Source of the DNA: Deltaproteobacteria bacterium UBA2409
GTDB taxonomy: Bacteria > Bdellovibrionota_C > UBA2361 > DDRT01
NCBI GenBank assembly: GCA_002343185.1
Contig: DDRT01000016.1
Coordinates: 11,072 to 75,071 of the forward strand
Reading direction: 5' to 3'
DNA: 64,000 bases
Below are positions 9,369 to 19,369 of this stretch, in pieces; the stretch's first letter is position 1; the number at the start of each line of letters is the position of its first letter. The position numbers were made by a program, and so were the translations under genes. The notes beneath the pieces were generated by a model that was not told the origin of the DNA, did no database searches, and was given only the letters and a program-made list of their open reading frames with translations.

Positions 9369-11338
9369 TTTTGCCAGATGGATGTACCCTCCATGTGTGA
9401 AGATTTCCTAACACCCCACAGACTTAGAATGCTTGGTGCAAGATCTAAAATCGATGGATCGTGTATCTCAAATTTTTTGTTACTTAAGAGAATCCCGGGA
9501 ATTAATTCAGGCGCTATGTGATGATCGCCACTCCAGGCTTTAATGTTGTCAGTGAATACTTCTTCTCCAATTGCTCCAGTTACACATTCCCATGATACTC
9601 TGTAGCCTGGCTTATATCCTAGGATTAGGTCGGGAGCATTTTTAGTGTAAAGGCCTTTGTAAATCTCTTTGGATCGATAGATTTCGTGAAAAACACTTTT
9701 TCCGTTATCTCTGAGCGCTTTTAATTTACCTGCTATCTCTTCTTCAAGCTTCTCACTATCTTCAATTATACCTAAGCGCTCACGTCCTTTTTTATTTATA
9801 TAGATCCCAGTAAGGCCAAGTCCGTAGGCTTTGGTTTTTCCCCAATCTACCCCTTGAAGGTAATCTGTATCTTTCACCCCATCTTTTAAAACCAAATATC
9901 CCTCTTTATGGAGCCAGGCATTTACATGAAATGATCTTCTAAATGAGTCAAACCCATGATCTGAAAGAACTATTAATATATCGTTAGGTTTTAAATCTTT
10001 TTTAGTTTCAGCTATCACCTGATCCATTCTCTTATAGACATTTAGGATCGTATTTTGGAATTTTTCTCTATCTTCAAGTGGAGCAGGGTGATCATTTTCA
10101 GTATATCTCCAGAACATATGTTGTATCCTATCTGTACCGTCAAAGACGCATATAATAAGCCCATCTTTTGTTCTTTTAAGAATATTCCTTAACATCTTTT
10201 CTCGCTCTTCTTCGTTGCTCAAGGCCTGCTTTAGAAATGTCTCATCGTTAAGAGCGAACTCATTTCTTGCCCATGTGTCTTCTAAGAAGCCTAATGTTCC
10301 AAATTTGCCCTGTAGTTTAGAAAGATAACTTCCAAACACTTTTGGAGCACTGACAGGCATTATCTGATTTTCAGGATCGATGTTAATAGGCGATACATAG
10401 ATACTGAGATTCGGTGATATCTCTTGAATGCAAATCTTGCAGATTCCAAGTAAGTTCTTTGAAAATTTTACAGATATCCAGGGAGAAAACTCATGAAGTA
10501 TAAGTTCCCCAGTAAAATCACCCAAAGTTATTTTTACTTTATCACCAATTCTTTCAGCAGTTAGCGATAGTTTTGTTTCAAGTGGACCAAAGACTTGGCC
10601 TGAATATATATTCTGATCAGAATTTATTAATTCTCTGATCTCACCCGAGGTAGCCGATACAATTCTATCTCTGTCAGTAGTAAGAAGCTGAAATGTGCCT
10701 TGAGAGCCTCTTATGTCGGGTGTACACATCGCAGAGAGGATATTTCCGAAAAAAGGCTCAGCTGGAAATGAGATTGGAACTCTTATTACATGTGAGAATA
10801 TTCCGAATTTACCTAAAATATCCCAAAATGGTTTTGATTTGCGGGTCAGCTTATAAAAACTTTTTTTGCCAAATAATGTTTTTTTCTCCTCGATATCGGT
10901 ACTAACTAATTTTGGTAGATAAGTTCTTTGATCTCTTGAAAGAAAATCAAATACATTGTGAGCTCCAGGGTTTACTCCTGTTTGAAAAGAACTCCATGCG
11001 ACAGGAGAAAGAGAAGGGTTGGTGGTTTTAAGAGGAGCAAAGGTTCCTTCATCTCCTAGTTTCTTAAAATTCGGCAGATGCCCTTCGTCGATAAATCGCT
11101 TAGTAAGCCTGTAATCCATCCCATCAAAACCTAAAACTACTACTTTTCTATTTTTACTTTCTTTTGGAAGTTTTCTTCTTCTGATGCTTCTGAGTATTAG
11201 TCGAATGGGAAGAATCAAGATACCGAAAAAAGCACCTATAATTGCTATCAATATCACAGAAGATGAGCCAACGAGTGCAATACCAGCTCCAGGACCAATG
11301 TAGGTAAGAAAAAGTGAGTTGAGAAGCGAATAGAACAT
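9365..11338 (-). CDS. Type I phosphodiesterase / nucleotide pyrophosphatase family protein with an N-terminal membrane anchor
   Basis: VVVLGFDGMDY...SDHGFDSF...SGDHH. Paralog of the gene at 4957..6879. Confidence 0.7.
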   Translation of the reverse strand: MFYSLLNSLFLTYIGPGAGIALVGSSSVILIAIIGAFFGILILPIRLILRSIRRRKLPKESKNRKVVVLGFDGMDYRLTKRFIDEGHLPNFKKLGDEGTFAPLKTTNPSLSPVAWSSFQTGVNPGAHNVFDFLSRDQRTYLPKLVSTDIEEKKTLFGKKSFYKLTRKSKPFWDILGKFGIFSHVIRVPISFPAEPFFGNILSAMCTPDIRGSQGTFQLLTTDRDRIVSATSGEIRELINSDQNIYSGQVFGPLETKLSLTAERIGDKVKITLGDFTGELILHEFSPWISVKFSKNLLGICKICIQEISPNLSIYVSPINIDPENQIMPVSAPKVFGSYLSKLQGKFGTLGFLEDTWARNEFALNDETFLKQALSNEEEREKMLRNILKRTKDGLIICVFDGTDRIQHMFWRYTENDHPAPLEDREKFQNTILNVYKRMDQVIAETKKDLKPNDILIVLSDHGFDSFRRSFHVNAWLHKEGYLVLKDGVKDTDYLQGVDWGKTKAYGLGLTGIYINKKGRERLGIIEDSEKLEEEIAGKLKALRDNGKSVFHEIYRSKEIYKGLYTKNAPDLILGYKPGYRVSWECVTGAIGEEVFTDNIKAWSGDHHIAPELIPGILLSNKKFEIHDPSILDLAPSILSLWGVRKSSHMEGTSIWQN

Positions 11339-11398
11339 GAGTGAAGAAATATTGCATATTTATTACGGAGAGGGGAGAGGTGAGGGTGTTTTCTACTT

Positions 11399-11470
11399 GG
11401 GGGTCAGGCCGGAAGGCCTGACCAGTCAGGTGATAGTGTTTGCCTGGTCAGGCCTTCCGGCCTGACCCCC
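11399..11470. repeat. REP-like palindromic doublet (GGGGGTCAGGCCGGAAGGCCTGACC, then its inverse after a spacer)
   Basis: Two inverted copies of a 22-nt imperfect palindrome, followed by degenerate gcctgac repeats. The same family recurs at 17653 and 62124. Confidence 0.8.
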
Positions 11471-11507
11471 AACAGCCTGACTCCCAAGTAGCCTGACCCT
11501 CAAGATA

Positions 11508-12800
11508 CTAATTTATATACCCCAACGTCTCAAGTTTCTTCATAGTCTCTTCGGGAATTTCCACTGAATCAACTTCGCGCTTTATTGTAGAATTTTTTGC
11601 AGCAGATTTAAGATAATCATACAGCTCATTTTCAAGCGCAGGATCTGTGAGTGGTGAAAACTCAAGCGGATCTTTCACCCTATCAAATAGCCCTCTAGTA
11701 AAATATGATTCACTTTCTTCAAATGGATTCTGTAGGTCAGTGATTAATCTATGGCCATCTGAAACAGAAAAAGCTCGCTGATTGAAGGTTCTATAAACTT
11801 CAGAGTAAACCCCAAGTCTTTTACTAAGAGCATCTTTATCAAGAAGCGATATACCTTGAAGCTTTGTTGGTGGAGTAATTCTAGTTCGCTCTAGAATGGT
11901 TGGAACGATATCGATATGACTTACAGCATATTCAATCACTTCGTTTTTGTTATCTAACTTAATAATTAGGGGAACTAATGTTTCTTCTTGGTGGAGCATT
12001 TTCCCATGTCCTAAAGATCCACGTTCTCGAAACTGCTCTCCGTGATCTGAGACGATATATATATCAGTGTTTTTATATAGATTATTTTCTTTAAGGTACT
12101 CAAAGAATAATTTTAACTGATCGTCTGTATACCTTATCTCACCATCATAGGCTCTAATTACGTTATTTAGCTCAGGGGTATACGTTCTATTTTTAAGATC
12201 TCCTTTAAACATTGTGTCATAAGGGGCTGGTGGCTCGTAAGGATTATGGGGATCAAACAGGAGAGTAAACAAAAAGAAAGGCTCCCCTTTATCCCATGAA
12301 CTAATAAGCTCTCGACTTTTCTTTAGAATAACTTCAGCTTTTGCTTTATAAAAATAATGAAACTCGTCATACCCTTGATCGAAACCAAACTCCTTTGTAA
12401 TCCATGGATTAGAAGAAACAATCCCTGTCTGATACCCAGAATCCTGAAGTAATTCGGAGATTAGAGATAAGTCAGTAGATAAAACGCTTCCTCTATTTAA
12501 TGCTACATTTCTGCTTTGATGTGGTAGATGCCCGTGACCTGATGGATATAGACCTGTCATTATTGAGGCAACAGAGGGTGGAGTCCAGGGTGCAACAGCG
12601 AAAGCTTTTCTAAAATCGAGAAAATTTTTAGCAAGTGAGTCCATGAAAGGAGTTGTCTCTCTTTCATAACCTCTGTATGAAAAATGATCTGCCCGTAAGG
12701 TATCGATCATTATAATTATTACATTTGGTTTTTTAGTGAATCGAGTGTAGGCAAATATAGAAATACCTAAAATTATCAATACTAATGCAATTTTTTTCAT
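11508..12800 (-). CDS. Sulfatase (alkaline phosphatase superfamily), secreted
   Basis: Signal peptide, then NVIIIMIDTLRADHFS (sulfatase N-terminal metal/nucleophile region) and a later SDHGE motif. Confidence 0.7.
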   Translation of the reverse strand: MKKIALVLIILGISIFAYTRFTKKPNVIIIMIDTLRADHFSYRGYERETTPFMDSLAKNFLDFRKAFAVAPWTPPSVASIMTGLYPSGHGHLPHQSRNVALNRGSVLSTDLSLISELLQDSGYQTGIVSSNPWITKEFGFDQGYDEFHYFYKAKAEVILKKSRELISSWDKGEPFFLFTLLFDPHNPYEPPAPYDTMFKGDLKNRTYTPELNNVIRAYDGEIRYTDDQLKLFFEYLKENNLYKNTDIYIVSDHGEQFRERGSLGHGKMLHQEETLVPLIIKLDNKNEVIEYAVSHIDIVPTILERTRITPPTKLQGISLLDKDALSKRLGVYSEVYRTFNQRAFSVSDGHRLITDLQNPFEESESYFTRGLFDRVKDPLEFSPLTDPALENELYDYLKSAAKNSTIKREVDSVEIPEETMKKLETLGYIN

Positions 12801-12841
12801 TGAAGGTACAATCTTACATAGATCTGCAGCATCCGAAAACC

Positions 12842-14554
12842 CTAACCAATTTCAAGATCTCGAGGCAATACAATAGTATTAATCAAAAGGTCATTGGTAA
12901 TAGCTAATGGAATTTTTAATGGATCTGTTCCTTCGGAGCTACCTAAAATTAGAAGATCGGGCTTTGATTCTATAATCTCCTTTTGTATTGCTTGGATAGT
13001 GCTACCAGAGATTACTTTTTGAGTTGATTGCACTTTCATTGCACGTAATGTAGAGGTTGCAGATTCAAGCAGTGTTTCAACGTATGAACTCATTTCTCTA
13101 GAAATATGGATTATTGTGATTTTTGCACCTAGGAGTCTTGCAATGCGCCCTGCAAAAAGAACGCTTTGTTTTGCAGATGTTCCACCAGCAGTAGGAAGTA
13201 GGATATTTTTTATTGAAGAACTTGCACCTTTTTCAACCATTAAAACTGGTAGTTCACTTAGAACTTCTCTAACAAGGGCTAGCTCAGATCTAGGAATTAA
13301 GGCGAGCTCAAACATACCGTGTTGAACTTCTTCGAGAAGATCCTCTTTTGAAGGAGATATCCGGGCTTCTCGCGCATTTAGATCTTGAGGTAAAGGAGAG
13401 CCTATGAAGCCTATTTTACCTTTTGTTTGAAGAGTTATAGATCTTCCTAGAGAGATCGTTTCCTCAGAACAAACACAGATTAAAGAAAGAGTTGTAGGGC
13501 TTAAGATCGGCGTAGAAGCCAAACTTAGCTCTACTGAGGATTCTTGAGATTTACTTAGGGAGAAGTAAGAGATCGATGGAAATTCATCAACTTTAAGTGC
13601 TCGCTGTCCGACTACCCTGGAGCCCTGAAGCGATGGAACAGATACTGTTACTTTATATTTCCCTCCTATGTAAGTCTCTTCTTCAATTATGCATCTTCCA
13701 AGGGTAACACCTCTTTTTTCAAGATTAACACTTTCAGGACGGATTAAGAGTCTAATTGGCCCACCCTCAACATAGTCATCCTTTGATACGGGTAAACTAA
13801 GTTCTCCAAAAGTTGCTAACCCCTCTTTTACTCGTCCAGCTAGTATAACTCCCCCACCAAGAAGAGAGGCAGCTGCTACTGATTTTGGTGAATTATAGAG
13901 CTCTTCAGGGGTTCCTACCTCCATTAAGTGACCACTATCAATTATTCCGATTCTATCGGCCAATTCGCAGGCTTCTTCTCTATCGTGAGTGACCATGATT
14001 GTGGTGATTCCAAGTTTTCTCTGAAAAGCTTTTAGCTCAGCTCTCACTTCACTGCGTATTTGTGGATCAAGTGCACCCAAAGGTTCATCAAGAAGAAGTA
14101 CTTTTGGATCTAGTGCCATAGCTCTAGCCAGAGCGACTCTTTGCCTTTGACCTCCAGAGAGTTGATGAGGGAACCTGTCTTCAAGGCCAGTTAATCCTAC
14201 AGCTGAGATTAGCTCCTTTCCTTTAATATGTCTGATCGAGCTTGATATCTTTCTAATCTTTAATCCATAAGTAACATTCTGAAAGACCGTTTGATTAGGA
14301 AATAAGGCATAGCTTTGAAAAACCATACCGATATTTCTTTTTTGAGGAGGAAGATTAGAAACCTCTTTGTTGTCTATTAAAATTGATCCTGAGTCGATCG
14401 TTTCAAGCCCAGCAATGGCTCTCAAGAGTGTACTTTTTCCAGATCCACTTTTTCCTAGGAGAACAAAAAGCTCTCCCTCCCTCAAGTTTAGAGAAACCCT
14501 GCTTAGTACAACATCTCTGTTAAAGGTCTTAGAAATTGAGTTTAAAGAGATCAT
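12842..14554 (-). CDS. ABC transporter ATP-binding protein (CysA/ModC type) fused to a C-terminal UspA-like domain
   Basis: Walker A GKSGSGKST, signature LSGGQRQRV and Walker B LLLDEP. The C-terminal ~150 aa look like a universal-stress-protein fold (…TIIHISRE…DLLILGSSEG). Confidence 0.7.
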   Translation of the reverse strand: MISLNSISKTFNRDVVLSRVSLNLREGELFVLLGKSGSGKSTLLRAIAGLETIDSGSILIDNKEVSNLPPQKRNIGMVFQSYALFPNQTVFQNVTYGLKIRKISSSIRHIKGKELISAVGLTGLEDRFPHQLSGGQRQRVALARAMALDPKVLLLDEPLGALDPQIRSEVRAELKAFQRKLGITTIMVTHDREEACELADRIGIIDSGHLMEVGTPEELYNSPKSVAAASLLGGGVILAGRVKEGLATFGELSLPVSKDDYVEGGPIRLLIRPESVNLEKRGVTLGRCIIEEETYIGGKYKVTVSVPSLQGSRVVGQRALKVDEFPSISYFSLSKSQESSVELSLASTPILSPTTLSLICVCSEETISLGRSITLQTKGKIGFIGSPLPQDLNAREARISPSKEDLLEEVQHGMFELALIPRSELALVREVLSELPVLMVEKGASSSIKNILLPTAGGTSAKQSVLFAGRIARLLGAKITIIHISREMSSYVETLLESATSTLRAMKVQSTQKVISGSTIQAIQKEIIESKPDLLILGSSEGTDPLKIPLAITNDLLINTIVLPRDLEIG

Positions 14555-15327
14555 TTCTTCTCACTCCAGCTGACTAGTGCCAAGAATAAAATGAATGATA
14601 AAATGGCTAAAACAGATGCTACAGCATTTGCTCCAGCTATATTTCCAGCTTCAAACTGAGCGAAAATATAAAGTGGAGAGGTTTGAGTTAAAAAACGTAA
14701 ATTGCCGCTTACCATAACTGTTGCACCAAACTCTCCAAGTGAGTGAGCAAAGGTTAAAAGAGTTCCTGAAATTAGACCTCCAGAAATTCCTGGTAACGTT
14801 ATCAATCTAAATGTTTGCCATGATGATGCACCAAGAGTAGCAGAAGCTTCTTCAATCGTTTTATCAGATTCATCTAAAACTGGTTTTACAGCACCTATCA
14901 TGTATGGAAGGGTTACAAAAAGGTGCGCAAGAAGAACCCCTGCTGGTTTGAACATTGGATGGTAGTCAAAAAGGCCACCCAATAATCCTATTGGCCCCCA
15001 TAGAAGAAGAAGAGAAGTTCCAACTACTACAGTTGGAATTGCTACTGGTAAATTGACAAGAACAAGCAAGAATCGATTACCCTTAAAATTATACCGAGAG
15101 AGGACATATGCAATATATGTCCCAAAGAAGAGATTGATAATTGAAGTTATCGTTGCAATTACAAGTGAGAATTGAAGTGCAAAAAGTGCAGCTGGAGTTG
15201 TAAGAGCATTCCAGAAAGCAGTAATGCCACCTTCAAGTGCAAAATAGACCATGGCAAAAAGAGGCATTACTAGTAGAGGGACTATTATTAAAAGCAGAAT
15301 AGGGATGTGGAGCAGTGCTTTATTCAT
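14551..15327 (-). CDS. ABC transporter permease, CysTW/ModB family
   Basis: Six predicted TM helices and an EAA-like loop (EEASATLGASSWQTFRLITLPG). Confidence 0.7.
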   Translation of the reverse strand: MNKALLHIPILLLIIVPLLVMPLFAMVYFALEGGITAFWNALTTPAALFALQFSLVIATITSIINLFFGTYIAYVLSRYNFKGNRFLLVLVNLPVAIPTVVVGTSLLLLWGPIGLLGGLFDYHPMFKPAGVLLAHLFVTLPYMIGAVKPVLDESDKTIEEASATLGASSWQTFRLITLPGISGGLISGTLLTFAHSLGEFGATVMVSGNLRFLTQTSPLYIFAQFEAGNIAGANAVASVLAILSFILFLALVSWSEKK

Positions 15328-16180
15328 TTAGAAATGGATCTATGACAGAAGTAAACATTTCTTTCCACTCATAATGAGGCAATGGCAATGGCAGCTCATT
15401 AGGGAGGGGCTCAGCACCTCTAAATCCTTTCCCTCTATATATATCTTGAGAGGAAAATAAGAGATCTAGGAGTTTTTTAGTATTTTCGAAGTTTTTTTGA
15501 TTAATCTCTCTTTTTATTGGAATAACGTGGTGTTCTGTATATATAGTTCTCGGAGGATATACGATATCGAACTTTTTTCTATCTACTTCAACTTCGTACG
15601 TCACTAAAACGTCACCAAAACCTTGTGCAAGCTGTGTTAGGGCTGCTCGTGAAGATGATGCGAAGGATACAGTATTATTTTTTAAGTTTATGAGATCTGC
15701 TTTTGGATTCCTGGAGTTCGAAAGTGAGTAAGATGTAACAGCTAGTAGTGCCCATTTTGCCCCACCAGAAAGAGCCGGATCAGCTTGAATTACTTTTATG
15801 TCAGTTCTGTCTATTAGATCGTCAAAATCTTCAATTTTTTTTGGATTTCCTTTTTGAACTGCAAAAACGAGAGGACTTCTATTTAATACCCCTCTATGGG
15901 GAAGGGTAAATGAATTATCTGAAAGATGGGAAAGCCTTTCCTTGTCCCAGGGTGCTGCAACTATTGCTATCTGTGCTGGAACCCCCATTAAGATCTGATT
16001 AGTAATAGTGCCAGAGCCTGCAAATGAAGTGATCAGTTCTGCTCCATCGAACTTAGGGGAGATATCATTGTTAATTACTTCACCCAATATACTAAAGCCA
16101 ATTAAAATTACGGTATCACGTCTAGGTAACGGTAATGAGACTAATGCTATTAGAATTATAAGGGCTAGAACTAACCTCAC
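15320..16180 (-). CDS. Periplasmic substrate-binding protein, sulfate/molybdate-binding family
   Basis: Signal peptide and a VLVTYEVEVD segment resembling the Sbp/ModA YENE region. First gene of the operon, with 8-bp and 4-bp overlaps. Confidence 0.55.
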   Translation of the reverse strand: MRLVLALIILIALVSLPLPRRDTVILIGFSILGEVINNDISPKFDGAELITSFAGSGTITNQILMGVPAQIAIVAAPWDKERLSHLSDNSFTLPHRGVLNRSPLVFAVQKGNPKKIEDFDDLIDRTDIKVIQADPALSGGAKWALLAVTSYSLSNSRNPKADLINLKNNTVSFASSSRAALTQLAQGFGDVLVTYEVEVDRKKFDIVYPPRTIYTEHHVIPIKREINQKNFENTKKLLDLLFSSQDIYRGKGFRGAEPLPNELPLPLPHYEWKEMFTSVIDPFLNE

Positions 16181-16315
16181 TAAGAGAATCTACTAATTAC
16201 ATTAGGTGATTACCATAGTTAGACCTCTAAAAACCTTTGATTTTAGTGATATAAGAGATTTTTTGATCTCAGAAGATCAATCTTAAATCCTGTCAGTCGA
16301 TAGCATTTAGTAGCT

Positions 16316-16921
16316 ATGTTAGAGAAATTCAAGGTTACAGATCTCGATTCAAGTATGATTAATGCGGCAGCCCCTTGGGTCATGGTCGAGCGATTACGCG
16401 TTGAAGCCAAAAATAGAGAGATTCTAAAATATGCGATTGAGGCATTTCCTGATGGTGATTTGAAATTATTTACAGATCTATTAGTTGCACGAGCCCTCCT
16501 CTCTACTCAAAGCCTTCCCCGTTGGGCTGAGGTTTTTGATCTTTCCGGAGTCGATTCCACAGTAAGTGGTGCCCAGTTTGAGGATGCCCCAGGAGTAGGA
16601 AGATATTTAGTTGTTCCTGGCGCAGTGGTTTGTCAGATAAAAGAGGGTGAAAACGACGAGTTCGCACTTTTCAATGGGATTAATGATCTTAGAGAAAAGG
16701 TGGGAGAAGGACGAGATTGGATCTTTGACCTGGCATCTGTAAAAAAAGTCTCAACTGGACTACTTGGTTATTTAGTTGGGCTTCAGTCAGAACTGAAGCG
16801 ATCTGACAGAAGAGTTATTCTTCTATGGTTATCAAAGGGGGCTGTTCCAGATCAATTTTTAGAATCTATGAAGAATCGGTTCTCATTACTTAAGAAGGGG
16901 ACATTCTTACTTTCAACTTAG
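16316..16921 (+). CDS. Hypothetical protein with a C-terminal STAS-like domain
   Basis: C-terminal DLASVKKVSTGLLGYLVGL...VILLWLSKG resembles an anti-sigma-antagonist/STAS fold. Confidence 0.4.
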   Translation: MLEKFKVTDLDSSMINAAAPWVMVERLRVEAKNREILKYAIEAFPDGDLKLFTDLLVARALLSTQSLPRWAEVFDLSGVDSTVSGAQFEDAPGVGRYLVVPGAVVCQIKEGENDEFALFNGINDLREKVGEGRDWIFDLASVKKVSTGLLGYLVGLQSELKRSDRRVILLWLSKGAVPDQFLESMKNRFSLLKKGTFLLST

Positions 16922-17604
16922 AAGAGCCATTTCTTTTGATATAGTAGCTTTCTAATCGGGGTCTTAATCACAACTAGCAATAATCCTATCGAGAACAAGC
17001 ACCATACAGCTGGCCACTCGTTCCAGTTATCTGTAGTCATCTTTGCTAAAAGAGGGCCCACAAGTATGTGATAAAGGGTGAATCTCCAGGATCCATAAAG
17101 AATCGGTAAAATAAATGCAGGAATTGCGTAACCTAATCCTACTATTTTAAGACCGTTTAGCGGGATCTCCCACGCTATATGCCATGTTCCGCTAACTGAA
17201 CATGTTCTTGTTCCGCACATAGCATCATTTACCTGAACACATGTTCCGGCCCAATCAAATGGAATTAACCTAAATAGAAAGGTTATAGAGCCGATAAAGC
17301 AGATAGTGTAAACCCAAGGGGTTATCTTCTCTCTCGTTTCTTTATTGATAAAGTGGAGTGAAAACATGTTTATGAAAAATGGCTGAAACGCTATGTGAAA
17401 TGCTCCAAGAAAAGTAAGAACTTGATTTAGGGGGAGATCGCAAAGATTAATTACTGCGTAAGTTACAGCTTGAAGAAGCTCCATTGCAGAAAAGTACGCT
17501 AGGGGAAGCCATAGATTTCTATCTTCTCCTTTTTTTGCAACATATGCTGTGCTTGCTAGCCCAACTGTTGCTAGGACTGCAGATGCCTCACCAGACCAAC
17601 ACAT
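16918..17604 (-). CDS. Integral membrane protein, hypothetical
   Basis: At least five hydrophobic helices. Confidence 0.4.
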   Translation of the reverse strand: MCWSGEASAVLATVGLASTAYVAKKGEDRNLWLPLAYFSAMELLQAVTYAVINLCDLPLNQVLTFLGAFHIAFQPFFINMFSLHFINKETREKITPWVYTICFIGSITFLFRLIPFDWAGTCVQVNDAMCGTRTCSVSGTWHIAWEIPLNGLKIVGLGYAIPAFILPILYGSWRFTLYHILVGPLLAKMTTDNWNEWPAVWCLFSIGLLLVVIKTPIRKLLYQKKWLF

Positions 17605-17652
17605 TTATCTTAAGTAACCGATTTGTGTGGTTTGTCCTAGAGATCATTCTTC

Positions 17653-17725
17653 GGGGGTCAGGTCGGGAGGCCTGACCAGACAAATGCTAGCGTCTGTCTG
17701 GTCAGGCCTCCCGGTCTGACCCCCG
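17653..17725. repeat. REP-like palindromic doublet of the same family as the one at 11399
   Basis: GGGGGTCAGGTCGGGAGGCCTGACC ... GGTCAGGCCTCCCGGTCTGACCCCC, lying just past the ppa stop. Confidence 0.8.
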
Positions 17726-17727
17726 AT

Positions 17728-18336
17728 CTAATATCCTATATATTCTCTATAATCCAAAACAGAAGCCTCTATAATACTTATTGCTTCTTTTTGCCCATAG
17801 ATCTCCTCAATCTTGACCGGATTTTTCGTTTCACCAGGAGCAAGTTTATAAGTCATAAAGTAATGCTTTAGTCTGTCTAAGATTGAGCCTGGTAGATCCT
17901 CAATCGAAGCAGTGTTGTAATATGCGCCGTCTCCATCAAGAACTCCTAAAAGCTTATCGTCAGCTTCTCCTTTGTCTATGATTCTAATTCCACCAATTGG
18001 TCTTGCTTTTAAAAGAATATTTCCATGGACAATCGGACGTTCTGTAATCACACAGAAATCTAAAGGGTCACCATCTCCTTTAGTAGCTGCTTTTGAAAAT
18101 GAAGCAACCTTATCTCCACTGTAAGTTTTTGGGAGAAATCCATATGGTGCAGGGCAATAGTTTGAGAATCTTTGAGGTCGATCGATCTTAAGAAGACCGG
18201 AGTCTTTGTCTATTTCGTATTTCATTACATCTGTTGGAATAACCTCAACAAACACTACAACTTCGCTTGGAAATTTTTTACTTTGCTCTACTCCGTGCCA
18301 TGGGTGTGCTACGGAGCTAGGATTTTTGGTTCCCAT
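17728..18336 (-). CDS. ppa: Inorganic pyrophosphatase (family I)
   Basis: HPWHG, VVVFVEVIP and KYEIDKDSG match the PPase signature region. Confidence 0.9.
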   Translation of the reverse strand: MGTKNPSSVAHPWHGVEQSKKFPSEVVVFVEVIPTDVMKYEIDKDSGLLKIDRPQRFSNYCPAPYGFLPKTYSGDKVASFSKAATKGDGDPLDFCVITERPIVHGNILLKARPIGGIRIIDKGEADDKLLGVLDGDGAYYNTASIEDLPGSILDRLKHYFMTYKLAPGETKNPVKIEEIYGQKEAISIIEASVLDYREYIGY

Positions 18337-18941
18337 GTTCCCCCACGTTTTTCAAACTTTAATCTATGATGCAGCCTACTAGGCTGTCCCTGCCAGAACT
18401 CAAAAACAAGAGGCTCTAGCCTAAAACCACCCCAAAATGGGGGACATGGAATATCTCCACTAAAAGATCCTTCAAGTTCTCTGACTCTCTTTAAGAGAAA
18501 CTTATGATTTGGAACTTCAGAGCTTTGAGGTGATGCCCAGGCTGCTACCTGAGCAGACCTTGGTCTTTCTCTAAAATATTCCTCATTAGTTTTTCTTGAA
18601 GTTTGCTTCACCTTACCTTCAATTCTAATCTGCCGTTCAAGCTCGCCCCAGTAGAACAAAATTGAGGCATATGGATTTCTTAAAAGCTCTTCTGCTTTTT
18701 TACTCTCGTAGTTTGTAAAAAAGACAAACCCCTGTTTATCCCATGACTTTAGAAGAACCATCCTGACTCGTGGAAATCCCCCTTCAGTAGTAGTCGCAAG
18801 AGCCATTGCATTAGGCTCTGGATTGTCTTTAGCTTGAGAAAGCCAACGCTTAAAAAGAGCAAATGGGTCTTTGCCGCTAGGAGGTGTTCTATTTACCACG
18901 TAGTCTGATTTGACTCTCGTAAGGTAAGGTTTTGAAGCCAC
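18309..18941 (-). CDS. pdxH: Pyridoxamine 5'-phosphate oxidase
   Basis: RMVLLK...GFVFFTNYESKK and a C-terminal EFWQG...RLHDR-like motif, at PdxH length. Confidence 0.85.
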   Translation of the reverse strand: MASKPYLTRVKSDYVVNRTPPSGKDPFALFKRWLSQAKDNPEPNAMALATTTEGGFPRVRMVLLKSWDKQGFVFFTNYESKKAEELLRNPYASILFYWGELERQIRIEGKVKQTSRKTNEEYFRERPRSAQVAAWASPQSSEVPNHKFLLKRVRELEGSFSGDIPCPPFWGGFRLEPLVFEFWQGQPSRLHHRLKFEKRGGTWEPKILAP

Positions 18942-19369
18942 GAAATTTCACCTCGAGAAAAAAGAGTTGGAAGTACAACGACAACCATATCGATTCGAAT
19001 GGTTTCTGGAAAGTAGTTGTGTGAATCTATGAATTTCTTTAAAGAGCTTTTAATTCGGTGTAATTGCGGGTCTTTTAACCTAGATCTAATCTCATTCGGA
19101 GTTCTTTTAAGTGTTTTTACCTCAACAGCAACTAGAGTTCTTCTGTGAAGTGCTATAATATCGATTTCAGCTCCGCCTGTTTTATCTCTCCAGGCTATGA
19201 TTTTTAGACCTTTCCCCCTTAGAAATTTTAAGGCTCTATATTCCCCGATAAATCCCAAAAAAAGTCTTTTAGAACCGAAAACTCTGCCTATGAACAGCCG
19301 ACCTGCCAAAGCGGTGAAGAGCTTCTTTATGCGCCTTAGTAGGGTATCCGAAATGCTTTGCAAATCCAT
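18893..19369 (-). CDS. yraN: YraN-family (UPF0102) endonuclease-like protein
   Basis: GEYRALKFLRGKGLKIIAWRDKT...EIDIIA...LVAVEVKT. Confidence 0.75.
   Translation of the reverse strand: MDLQSISDTLLRRIKKLFTALAGRLFIGRVFGSKRLFLGFIGEYRALKFLRGKGLKIIAWRDKTGGAEIDIIALHRRTLVAVEVKTLKRTPNEIRSRLKDPQLHRIKSSLKKFIDSHNYFPETIRIDMVVVVLPTLFSRGEISWLQNLTLRESNQTTW

Noticed and set aside
11154-11357. ORF 11154..11357 at the 5' end of the phosphodiesterase gene
   Set aside because: It is an alternative-frame overlap of the supported 657-aa gene start and has no independent evidence.
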